Source: Phoronis australis
Taxonomy: Eukaryota > Animalia > Phoronida
Assembly (NCBI GenBank): GCA_002633005.1
Contig: NMRA01000014.1
Coordinates: forward strand, 87,150 to 151,149
Reading direction: 5' to 3'
DNA length: 64,000 nt
Below, piece after piece: positions 1 through 10,885 of this stretch (its first letter is position 1; each line of letters begins with the position of its first letter). Made by a program: the position numbers and the translations under genes. Below the pieces are notes generated by a model. The model ran no database searches, was not told the DNA's origin, and saw only the letters and a list, made by a program, of their open reading frames with translations.

Positions 1-2198
1 TTTTGACCAATTTAAGATTGTCACTGCTTTCACTATACAGCCACATTACAAGGTTGTTGAGAAGATTGATCTTAATGTATTATGCTTCAACACTACTTGG
101 GTCCACGTACTATGCAATATAATGGACCACTGCAGTGGCATCGGAAGATTGTGACAAGATACTGCAACAAGTTAAACAAATCTGAAGGGCTCCAGAGATC
201 CGACTAACAAAAAAGAAAGAAAATAGTTGCCACAGAGCCACCTTGGGTCAGATTTCAGCCAAAAAATAGCCCTTGAAATATTACTCAAGTACATGTTCTG
301 TAAAAATTTCAAGTCCATCATACAACAAATGCGGCTTGTATCATGTCAACAAAGAAACGAAACAAATTTCTGTGACTACAGTAACACACCTGGTGCTTTT
401 TTCAACAAGTAATTGACTGTTACATAATGTTACCAAGAAGAAAGTACTAGCAACTGCAAGACAGAGCAACTACTTGTAATTTTAAAATTATTTCTAGTAA
501 TTTAAAGGACTCTAGTTCACCCAAGGTCTCATGGTTTTGCCAAGCAAAACCTGAGTTTTTAGATTTACAAACAGTTGAATATTGTTCGTGCTTGTTAAAA
601 TTATTTAAGGAAGTCAGTTTCTGATTTAACAGTGGTATGCACAGGGATATCCTGCTTGAATTCACGATACAGAATGACCCAGAAATACACATACTCAATT
701 ATTCTAATCTTCAAAAACATTTTTACACTAATCTGTTCAAAAACTGTTTAAATCATTGAGACAAGAGCTCTAGTTGCGCCATTGAGAGCACAAACTACTC
801 GAGTTATTGTGTCGTTACACAGTGTTCAGGCATAACTATCACCAACAGCTAACCCAGTTTCCAGTCCTTAAACACAAGACGGCCACAATAGTACACACTG
901 TTATTTCTGGTTTGTGCTATAATTCAAATCCCAAACAGCATGTATCAATCGGTTACCAGTTTCGAAATGTATTGTTAGCAGAGCATGAATTCATTGTAAA
1001 TAGTGCGTGGAAATTTGGTTTGGTGTAGAAGAGCTTTGTTGTGTGGAACAGATCATGATACCCAGGTGGGCAAATTCATGGATTAAAAACACCCAATCCA
1101 TAACCCATAACTTTTTTACAAGAACAATGACTGGTAATTTTTGTTCTGAACACAACCACTAACAATTTTTCATTTCAATTGCCTCAACCCTCTCCAATAG
1201 GTTCTCAGCTGGAAGAGTTTTCATTACAGTGTTGTAAACTTCTAGTATTGAGACAACCTTCAGAGTAAAGTTTATAGACAAAAGTATTAACTGCAAATTT
1301 CTTGCAACGAACAAAACAAGAATAGAACCATAACTTTAAATACTTGCAGATTGTATTCCTCTAGGCAAATGCATCAAAAGGAAAATGAAAGCAGTTTTAT
1401 TGTACAAAATCTCTACTGGCACGAAACAAAACTCATTCTCCGAGGATAATTTTTTGTGAAAAGTTGTATTCCAATGGATAGGATGTTCATCTCTCACAAC
1501 CTGCACAAGATGAATGTATTCCTAACCAGTCAAGACTCCACAGTTCACTTATCACCAGTTACAAGCTCCATCCAGCTGACCAATCACAGTGGAATACACT
1601 TTAACACTTGCACTACACTACGGCTAATTGAAGTGTCACGTGTTAATCACGATATACAATGTGCGATCAGATCTAAGAACTCCACTGACTCAATTCTTTC
1701 ACCCCCATGGGTGCTTTTAGGGGAGTCGCACATTCACTGCCACCCGTAAGGTACTTGCCAGGTCTTGACCTAATTAACCCTAAATTTCACAGGAGATACC
1801 TACAGTTTAATGACATTGTCAGACGACTGTTCTACCAAATCCCGAATGTGAATCAAAATTTTCCAGTTTTTCAGAAGAAATTTCAGTCAATCACTTGTCA
1901 AATTGCGATGCATTTACAATGGCCTCTAAATTGTTCATCATCAAAGTTTGATTGACTGGAATTCAAAACAATTCCGACTAAGAGTTAGTAATGTCAAACA
2001 TAAGACGAAGTATGTACCAAAACAAACGCGGTTTGTATTTCAAAGATCATTGATCATTGATGATATTTCTTCACCTGAAACCTTTAGTGCTTGCACCCTA
2101 CATTCTGCACACTATGTTCTACGCATTCTTGAAATTTATTAGGCACAGGGAAAAGTAGTTAAAGATTAAAAGGCATGTTTCAGGTTGGATACACTTTT

Positions 2199-5100
2199 CT
2201 AGTCCTCAAAAATTCCAGGGTTTGAACTCTCATCCTCTTCAGTTGCTTTCCGTCGTTTAGCGTTGGCTTTTGTCTTAGCCTTCTTTCGTTTCTGGGCATT
2301 TTGCGCCACGGTATGTTCATCTTGTATTGAGCATAAATGCTGGTGCTGAAATAAAAATGTCACACTTTTTATATATTTAAGGCCAAATATTGTCAGCTCT
2401 TAAAAATTTGTTAAAACAGGCAAATAATTTTAAAGCTGCATTTTGCCATGTTTAGCTGGTTAAAATACGAAAATCGAATTGGCATTACTCTTAAAAATGT
2501 GTCTCAATATTCTACACCATGACTAGAGGATTCAGAAAATAGTAGTATCATTACGTTAATAGAGTTGGATTGTAAACAATAACCTAAGATTCTATTTTCG
2601 TTACTAAATCAAGCCATAGGTAGTGCAGACATGCGTCATTTTCAAATTTGCAATTTTAAGGTTGGTCAACCCAACTAAACTGCGATGAGCCCTTTCTTCT
2701 TGAGTTGCTGATGGTTTTGATGTTCTTGTAAGTAACAGAAATAGAATATTGTGAGACTGACTTGATGAGAGCAAAGAGCCTGAAATGCAGCTTTAAGAGT
2801 GTTTCAATTAAAACAATCCATATTGCAAGACTTGTCAGCACTGCTCCTATTAATACAATCCATGTTGCAAGACTTATCAACACTGCTCCTATTAATACAA
2901 TCCATGTTGCAAGACTTGTCAACACTGCTCCTATTAATACAATCCATATTGCAAGACTTATCAACACTGCTCCTATTAATACAATCCATGTTGCAAGACT
3001 TGTCAACACTGCTCTTATTTGTAAAGTTATTATCTGGAGTTAGTTTACAATGACATGAATACCATTGTGTATTAGAAAAGTCAATGATGTATGACAGAGA
3101 GCTTGAAATAATTTATATAAACTACTCAAAATCACTGCAAAAACTAACACTTTGTATTTACGATACTTGTCCTAATTACTGGTCATGGCAGTAAAATGAG
3201 AGAACTACAAAATCAGCGGGACGTAAGGCCGAACATGAGCACTTAAAATCAAAGTTTTGAGACTTCAGGGGCAGGCGCATATTCAAACAGTCAATTGGGT
3301 AAACATCCTGGGAAGTAGTGTACAATGACAATGGACTTCACATGAAGAGTTCAATAGGGTTTACCATCTAAAAGGGAGATATTGCACTCAGTAGTTGAGT
3401 GACATAACCAAGCATTTCAAGTAATATATCTTTGAATTATCCAGTGCAAACATTACACAACAAGTAATTAGCTAGTCACATGTCGCTAACAGAATGCTTT
3501 CACCACACGTTTGCACTGGAGTACGATAACATTAGAATAAGCATGAGCAAAAACATCCATTTCACGTCTCCTTTAGTAAAAAGCAGGACAGTGCCTGTAT
3601 TTTCGCACCTAAAAAAGCAAACTGACACATCGTTATGCGAGTTGCGCATTTTCTAGGAGCTAAAATTCTAATAAAATGTGTGTTCACGACAAGAACACTT
3701 TTGAAAAAATCTCAGTCACGTAACTTAGGGATGGAAAGCAAGCAGACCATGAGTGCTCAAAAGATTTTTTTTAAATTTCAGGGGTGGACTGTAAGACAAG
3801 CGTGGCATGACCCCAGATGAGTGTGCTATTCAAAATAGCATGAAATCTCACTAATTTTGGGCAAAAATAATTGCCAAAAATGCCTTTTTTGATTTTAAAG
3901 GGCTTCTACAAACATAGGTGTGACAACCCATAGTTTATCAAAACTTTGTCCGATGATATCAGTGGTACAAATCTTGAACATGGAAAACCACTGAATTGGT
4001 GCTGCATAGGTTGCACAAACAACAGGTTGTGCAAATTAGTATTCATAATGCATTATAACAAGAGCAATGCCAAACGTTGAAATGCGCCCACAACTACACC
4101 ACAAACGGTGTTGCTTTTAGGGGTGTTTAAAAATTTGTATCAGAAAATTGGCCATAAGATGGCACTGAATACATTGAACCCATCCAAAAATGGCCACAAG
4201 ATGGCACTGAATACATTGAACCCATTCAAAAATGGGAAGGGTGTAATCTCTCAAAACTATCTGCCACCAAATTTCATGAAAATCCATCAAAGAACTCCAA
4301 AGATACAAAGGCAAAATAAGCAGACCGCCATTAGGAATTACAGCAGTAGTCAAATCTATCCATCTGCTGTGAGAATGCAATTGCAAAATTTCAAGAACAT
4401 CTTGCTAGGGGTTTAGGAGAAACAACCATAGATGTAAAAGATGTCACTAGGCAGCACCACAGAAGTTAGACCTATTTGAAAACCCGCATCAGTCATGCTC
4501 ATATCAGTAGGAACACATATGCCAATTTTCACAATTATCCTTAGAGTGGTTTGGTTCATGGCGGATGCCAAAAAACAGTAAAAATGGCCACTAGGTGGTG
4601 AAAAATACTTCAAATCCTTCCAAAAATGGGAAGGTAGCATCACCTCAGTAACAGGTACAAATTTGCCAAATTTCATGAAAATCCACCGAGGACCTTTGAA
4701 GGTAAAAGTAAAAAAAAATAAAATTGCCACGAGGGGGCACACCAGTACTTGGACCGTCCGAAAATTTGCTCATGCCATCCCATCCATTAAAGGAACATAT
4801 TATGAGCAAAATTTCATGACACAAATCATTTTGGAAATAAAGCAGCAGATGACGGCCAGCCGCACGGATAAACGGAGATGATGGCATAAAAATGATATTA
4901 AAATAAAATTTCACTCGTCGGCCATATTGCAGCCCAAACTGGTGAGATTTTACCATATCCTGAAATATGTATTTACAACCACATAATGTAAAAATTCTTA
5001 CCAGTTCAGGACATTTTCTCACCACTAGTTTCATATCGTCTCCATTTACAGTGCTGCGTTTGGCATGTCTGAAATAAAACAGAGTACTAAATTACTGCTG

Positions 5101-8100
5101 TTTGTAAGTTGTACTACAACATAAAAGTCTTCTTGGAACGTTTATTAGTTTCATGTGATATAATTAAGACAAATTTGGACACTATGAAACAGTTTTCTAA
5201 AATATTCTTTCTTTTTCATTTTATACAACTTTTTATTTTCTTCTTAAAAATTATAAAACTGCTATTTTTTATAAAAGTGGAAAATTTTAAACACAATCCC
5301 TAACAGCATTTTGAAGAACAGTGCATAAAATATGGTGTTTGAAAGTTACATATGAACACGATCAGCCGTTTCTGTCAGGGATATGATGTCCCAAATATTG
5401 GCCACTTTTCCAAAGTGCTACACAATCTTAACAGTGTTTAGCTAATGTTCACCATGGTATTGGGAATAAAATAACTTGGGCAACATTGTCCGAGACGCCT
5501 GAAAAAGGAAAGAGTTGTATAAAAAAAGCCAAGTTAAATGCTGCTTGTAAGTTGTTATCAGCTGAATAAAAAGTATAGTAAAGCTGTTCCGTGATATACA
5601 GGTGTCATATGCTCAAAATGTCTCTGATGTGAAAGTATTGTTATATGCCAATGATATGGTCTTGTGTGCTTACTCTCCAATTAAACTGCAAAAACTACTG
5701 TGTGCTTTAGATAAGTTTTGTCAGGAATAGGCCATGTGTGTAAATTTAGTAATGACAAAAGCTATGGTGTTTCTTTAGAAACGGAGGTCCCCTGAGAAAT
5801 TGCGAGAGGTGGTATTTTGGAATTGAAAAACTCTAAGCGGTTTCCAGTTACAAGTATCTTAGTCTTGTGTTCCTGCCAAAGTAATTGTGGACTATGGCTA
5901 CTCCGATCCTGTCAGCCAAAGCCACCAAGGTCGCTATTATAGCCGACAAGCTATAAAAAAGCATGATCATGTTTCAACTGCTTATGGATTCTGAGATATT
6001 TGATAAAATGGTTTACCCTACATTGTGCTATGAAGCCAAAATATGGGGATTACAAGAATACAACTGATTAGAAAAAGTGCAAATATCAAATTTTGTAAGT
6101 GTTTGTTGGGTGCAGCTAATTCATTCTCAAAGGATGCTGTACTGAGCGAATGTGGCCGGTTGCAGTTATTCACTACGTACTATGTTGCAGTGATCAAGTA
6201 TTGGTTCAAACTTCTCATCATAACTCAAGGGCAGCTTATGACAATTTGTATGACTTAGATCAAAATGGTCGGCACTCCCAAAATTGGGCCACATCAGTTA
6301 GACTTATATTGTCAAATTATGGATTCCAAGAAGTTTTATTAAATCAAGATCTTGTATGTGAAAATTCTTTTCTGCTAATTTTTAGACAGCGAATAAGGGA
6401 TTGTTATTTGCAAGGACGGAGACAAAGTGTTGAGAGTAATCCTAAACTGTTTTTATAACCAATTTAACAAGAGAAACGCTTTGTAGCATAAAAATGGCCA
6501 CTAGATGGTGCAAAAACATACAATCCATCCAAAAACAGGAACATGCCATATTTCATAAAAATCTGTCAAGAACTTCAGAGAAACAAAGGAAAACAGAATA
6601 AAATGAAATTGCCAATAGTGGGCCCAGTGTCAGTTGGATCCGCCTGAAAGTCGCCATCATCTGTTGTTATCTTCATATAAATACACTTACTAAAATTAGT
6701 AAAGATTCTGCAGTGGGTTTAAGAGATACAACTAATGGCGCAAAACAAAACTACCACTAGGAGGCACCACAGTAGTCAGTCACCACCATCAAAGGTCGTC
6801 TTCACACGGAGAACATGTATGCCAATTTTCAAATTGTTTGGTTGATACAGGGGTGGACACCAAAAACAAGATTTCAAAACAGCAAAAATGGCCACTAGGT
6901 GGTGCAAAATACCTCAATTCCATCTAAAAAACAGGAAGATAGCGTCATCACACCAATAGATGCCTATATTTAAAATTTTATGAAAATCTGTTGAGGACCT
7001 TTGCAGATACCGAGTTACACAGGGGGCCAGCAGTAGTCAGATCTGTCCGAAAGTCGTCGTCATCCGTAGTCAACATCATATAAATACACTTGCTAAATTA
7101 AGTAAAGATCCTGCGAACGGTTTAGGAGATACAGCCATAGGCGCAACAAAACAAAACTGCCACTAGGAGGTGCCACAGTAGTCGAAATCGTCGAAAAATC
7201 ATCATCAACCATCCCCTTCATAGTAAGCACATACATACCAATTTTCACAATCATCCTTTGAGCGGCTTGGTTGATAGAGGGGTGGACTCGAAAACAGTAA
7301 AAATGGCCACTAGGTGGCGCAAACTAGGTCGAATCCATCCGAAAACGGGAGGATAACGTCATCTGACTAATAGGTGCCTACATATCAAATTTCATGAAAA
7401 TCCGTTCAGGACTTTTGAAGATACAAAGGTAAACGTAAAAAAAATAAAATTGCCACTGGGGGCACATCGGTAGTCGGATCCGTCCGAAAGTTCGCTCATG
7501 CTGTCCCATTCATGAATGGAACATATCTGCCAAATTTCATGAACGTATGTCAAAGGATTTTGGAGATAGAGCAGCGGACGCTGGACGAATTCCGCCCAGA
7601 CGGACAGAGATGACGGCATAATGCGTCCACATATAAATATGTGGGCGTGTAAAAAGGAATCCAAACTGGAAAATTTTTAAGTTACCTGTGCACAAATTAT
7701 GTCCATGACATGTTTTCGTTGTTCAAGCCAGTCTCATGATTGAAGTCGGCAGCCACTTGAATTTGGATAGGGCAAACAGAGTGTGTCTCTTCTGCCCAAA
7801 TGTTGTTGAAGACGAGTACCATTTCCTTCTAAGTTGTGATAAATATTCTGAATTGTGAGAAAATATTATTGCAGCGTATAACTGCAATTTTCTGTCTTTT
7901 TCAAGTTCTATAGATTAATGTCAAAAAGTGATGATGCTAAAATAAGTTAACCTACTATGTAAATATGTATTTTATGCTTTTTTACTCCGTTATAGCTTGC
8001 TGCACTCTTAAGTATGTTACATTGGGCCTATAGCCATTATTTCAGAAATAAATTGAATGATTGATTCATTTGACATATGTTCACTGGTGACATTGAATGT

Positions 8101-9063
8101 TTGCGAGTCCCGGGTGTCAAAGAGTTGCACTAACATTTGACAACAAGAGACATCTGTTGGTATTGGTTTGCATCATCATATCATGCAGTACAAAGCACTT
8201 CCCATGTTGGCTAAATTTATTTTTTGATGTTACACAAACTACTTGTACCCTGCCAGACCCACTAGATGAGTGACTGCAGCAAAAGGCCCACTGCACCAAA
8301 CTCCTCGCCATGTGATGCAGGGTTTGGTACAATGACAAACTTACTTTGCAAATAACTCTAAGTCCATGGATAGAGACTCTCCTTGTCGAAATGTGGCCTC
8401 TGCTAATGTTGCCATAAAAGATTTGTTGAATGTCACTTCATTTTCCCGGCCTATTTCTTCACAAATCTTTCCCACTGTATAATGCACAGAGGCTTTTAAT
8501 CTCTGAAAATAGAACTCAAGTTCTAATGATATCTTCAAGTGATAAAATCAAGTTCGTACTGAAAAAATTGATTTCAATTGTACAATATTGTGTTACATCA
8601 TGTTACAGTAAGGTTAGAAGGAAACCAGGGGTTTAGCTTACAGGCACTAACCAATGGTACACTATTAACTCTTTCACTACCAAGTGTTTAGAGCTGCATT
8701 TCCTAGTGCCAAAAATTTTGAGGAAAGTTTCAAAACAGAGTCACTGAAGAAGGCAAAATTGGTTTTAGTTGAAATGCATAACTTTGCTGACATTTCAAAC
8801 TGGGATCCTGAATCAGAACTGTTTTGAATTAGAGCTGCTGAAAGATAGAAATAAGCTCCTGTGGACAGTACCACCGTCTAGGTGAACGGGCCCCAGTAGA
8901 GACGGTGGCCATCCCGAAGGCGGCATAGGCCCTCCATGTGCTAGAACCAGTTCGGCAAATTATGCCTTACACTGAGTAAACCGTTAAAGTCAGCCATGAA
9001 TGAAGTCAATGAAAGATCAACAACAAAAAGAACAACTATAACAGGTTTAAAAGGATATATATA

Positions 9064-9095
<32 letters not shown>

Positions 9096-10361
9096 TCATG
9101 GTGAATGTTACCTCAGATGTCGGTTAACATTAGCTAGATCGATTACACACAAGACAGTCAGTAAGCGGGTGTCTTCGTCAAAGATGTCAAAAGAAGGAAC
9201 TGATGTAAGACGTAACCCGGCTAGGCAATGACCATCGCCTCTGTTGGCCTGACCAGAGGCGATGCAGCTCCTATAGGCGCTCCATACGCCTGAAGCTTTT
9301 CAACGAATTATGCCTCGCACCGACTAAAGCATCAAAGTCACGTTGTTATAAATACCTTTTGCGCATAGAGGAACACCTTAGGAGGTTGTCGATGTGTTTA
9401 ATTCCTTCCAACTCGAACAAATACTCCCGTTATCAAACTTTTTCTTCGAGCAGTCCCTATTTCAATTCCCAAAATCGTGAACTAACATTTTTATACTGCG
9501 CACGCTCCAATTTTTACCGAGCTCGCTAAGTGATGTGACTTCATGACCTCAATCTTTAAATAGGCCAAAGGTAAGCCACTGCGGTCTTGTCAGTCAAATG
9601 TTCGTTTCCAAAATGCCACCACTACTTGTCTTTAATTGACGTTACTTGAAAGTGATTGTATTTCAATGAATTATTGTTTGTATTTGATAAAAATACATGC
9701 TGTTGATATGACATTTAATAGTCTTTGTGCACATATTTGACATTTTAATGTTTAACAACACGGCAAATGCACGGCTGGTTCCCGGCAGCACGTACGAAGA
9801 GGGCGGGGACTTCAGTTTTCAAAGTTCGCCAGTAGGATCGCAACTTCTGACCTTTGGCCTGGTTAAAAGAATGAGGTCAAATCTCTTGGCGTGTGCCCAG
9901 TGAAAATGTTGAGTTCACGATTTTGGGAACTGAAATAGGGACTGCTCGAAGAAAAAGTTTGATAACGCCAGATAACGGGAGTATTTGTTCGAGTTGGAAG
10001 GAATTAAACACAACGAAAACCTCCCAAGGTTTTCCTCTATGCGCAAAAGATATTTAGAACAACGTGACTTTAATGTTTTAGTCGGTGCGAGGCATAATTC
10101 TCCGAAAAGCTTCCGGCGTATGGAGCACCAATAGGAGCTGCATCGCCTCTGCCTCTGCTCTGGTCGGGCCAACAGAGGTGATGGTCATTGCCTTATAACC
10201 CGGCATGCTATTCCAGTCCGCGACTGTTCTAGGAAAGAATGTCTTTTGTATTGATGAAGAACAAATGAAATTAAAGCAATATGTAACGTCATGGGCGCGT
10301 AAAAATTCATGCAAACCTGTCTTAATGCAGTAATTTCGTAATCTTCGCCCTCTTCGGCCAT
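2199..10361 (-). CDS. CENPS: Centromere protein S (MHF1/APITD1), histone-fold protein; 4 coding exons, 138 aa
   Basis: Exons (minus) 10361-10317, 8502-8345, 5068-5002 and 2345-2199, all with GT-AG introns and a continuous frame (417 nt). Translation: MAEEGEDYEITALRQ|RLKASVHYTVGKICEEIGRENEVTFNKSFMATLAEATFRQGESLSMDLELFAK|HAKRSTVNGDDMKLVVRKCPEL|HQHLCSIQ...KRKKAKTKANAKRRK...FED*. This matches the CENP-S signature RLKAAVHYTVG...DLE.FA.HAKR.T...D.KL plus a basic tail. AATAAA on the minus strand at 2140-2135. Confidence 0.93.
2812..3015. repeat. Minisatellite, 42-bp unit, about 5 copies
   Basis: Unit AACACTGCTCCTATTAATACAATCCATGTTGCAAGACTTGTC. Confidence 0.95.
4057..4892 (+). mobile_element. DINE/HINE-like non-autonomous interspersed repeat, copy A
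   Basis: Starts AACAAGAG, has internal modules AAAATGGCCACTAGGTGG and CCAAATTTCATGAAAATCC, and ends CGGA...GATGGCATAAAA. Clearly homologous to 6466-7655, 30099-32655 and 62194-63180. Family assignment is inferred from structure. Confidence 0.7.
5600..8070 (+). mobile_element. Degenerate 5'-truncated non-LTR retrotransposon (LINE), split by an insertion at 6466-7655
   Basis: Frameshifted RT remnants LLYANDMVL (YADD-like), YKYLS, KFCKCLLG...AVLSECGR, IKYWFKLL and NWATSVRLIL. After the insertion: RVCLFCPNVVEDEYHFLLSC, then AATAAA and a (TGAN)n-like tail at about 8047-8070. Clade not assigned. Confidence 0.8.
6466..7655 (+). mobile_element. DINE/HINE-like non-autonomous interspersed repeat, copy B, inserted in the LINE remnant
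   Basis: AACAAGAG start, tandemly reiterated internal modules, CGGAC-type microsatellite, and terminal hairpin GCGTCCACATAT-AA-ATATGTGGGCGT followed by an A-run. The LINE reading frame resumes after it. Confidence 0.75.
9055..9094. repeat. (TA)n microsatellite
   Basis: Read directly from the sequence. Confidence 0.95.
9150..10300 (-). mobile_element. Short 3' remnant of a CR1/L2-type LINE, interrupted by the foldback element
   Basis: Minus-strand translation KTFFPRTVADWNSMPG (about 10247-10198) resembles the CR1/L2 ORF2 C-terminus SFFPR.I.DWNSLP. It continues across the TSD as SVPSFDIF after a frameshift (about 9203-9180). Confidence 0.65.
9222..10195. mobile_element. Foldback/Mutator-like non-autonomous DNA transposon with ~360-bp terminal inverted repeats and a 9-bp TSD
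   Basis: About 9222-9590 is the reverse complement of about 9833-10195. Direct repeat TAACCCGGC flanks both ends (9213-9221 and 10196-10204). Long TIRs with a 9-bp TSD are characteristic of MULEs. Confidence 0.85.
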
Positions 10362-10885
10362 TTTGATTCTCCCGCACTGTTAACCAAAACAAAAGAACAA
10401 GCAGACCGATCTTGATCGCCATCTATTGCCCGAACAGGAAACTATTGTTTAGTATAGACAAGATAACACAAACTAAACCAAGTTGTTTCCGTGTAACTTC
10501 GATTTTATACATCTAAAAAGCTTTAATTTTAAATTTCAAACTTATAATTTATCATTTAAGATTTGAATCGCCTATAAGAACCCAGTAGATTGTTTTAAGT
10601 ACGTGTCTATACATGAGGTCAAGGTCAAAAAAATCATGGTGGATGGTTAATTCTAAAATCGTATTTGAAAAAAAATTGGGTAGGTGTTGTTTGAACTGTT
10701 ATTTTCACAAAATTTGACCATTACATTATTGTTCTCGCAGTTATTCGCATCAAAATTGTAGATTTCGTAAAACAAAAGGCAACACAACGCGGTACTCGTA
10801 CAAATCTTCAGAGAAGAGCCGCGGATGATTTGTCATTGCACTTGCTGTTGCAGCTTGCTGCTTGAGTCGAGGCTTGTGACGATGT
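10362..10885. promoter_or_regulatory. Putative bidirectional promoter of CENP-S and mitofusin, including the putative non-coding mitofusin exon 1 (ends 10885)
   Basis: CENP-S ATG is at 10361 on the minus strand. On the plus strand a consensus donor GT|GTAAGT lies at 10885/10886, and the first mitofusin coding exon starts with a splice acceptor (14897-14898), so an upstream exon is required. Contains TCAAGGTCA at 10619-10627. TSS positions are not determinable from sequence. Confidence 0.55.

Noticed and set aside
8905-8970. HDV-like ribozyme fold
   Set aside because: A P2-like stem exists, but P1 and P3 pairings cannot be formed.
10078-10422. 114-aa minus ORF with a signal-peptide-like start (MAIKIGLLVLLFWL)
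   Set aside because: It is a chimera of an alternative frame over CENP-S exon 1, a LINE tail and a transposon arm.
10534-10696. Several TTTGAA (CHR cell-cycle element) hexamers in the shared promoter
   Set aside because: Expected by chance in AT-rich DNA; cannot be supported without TSS position and conservation.
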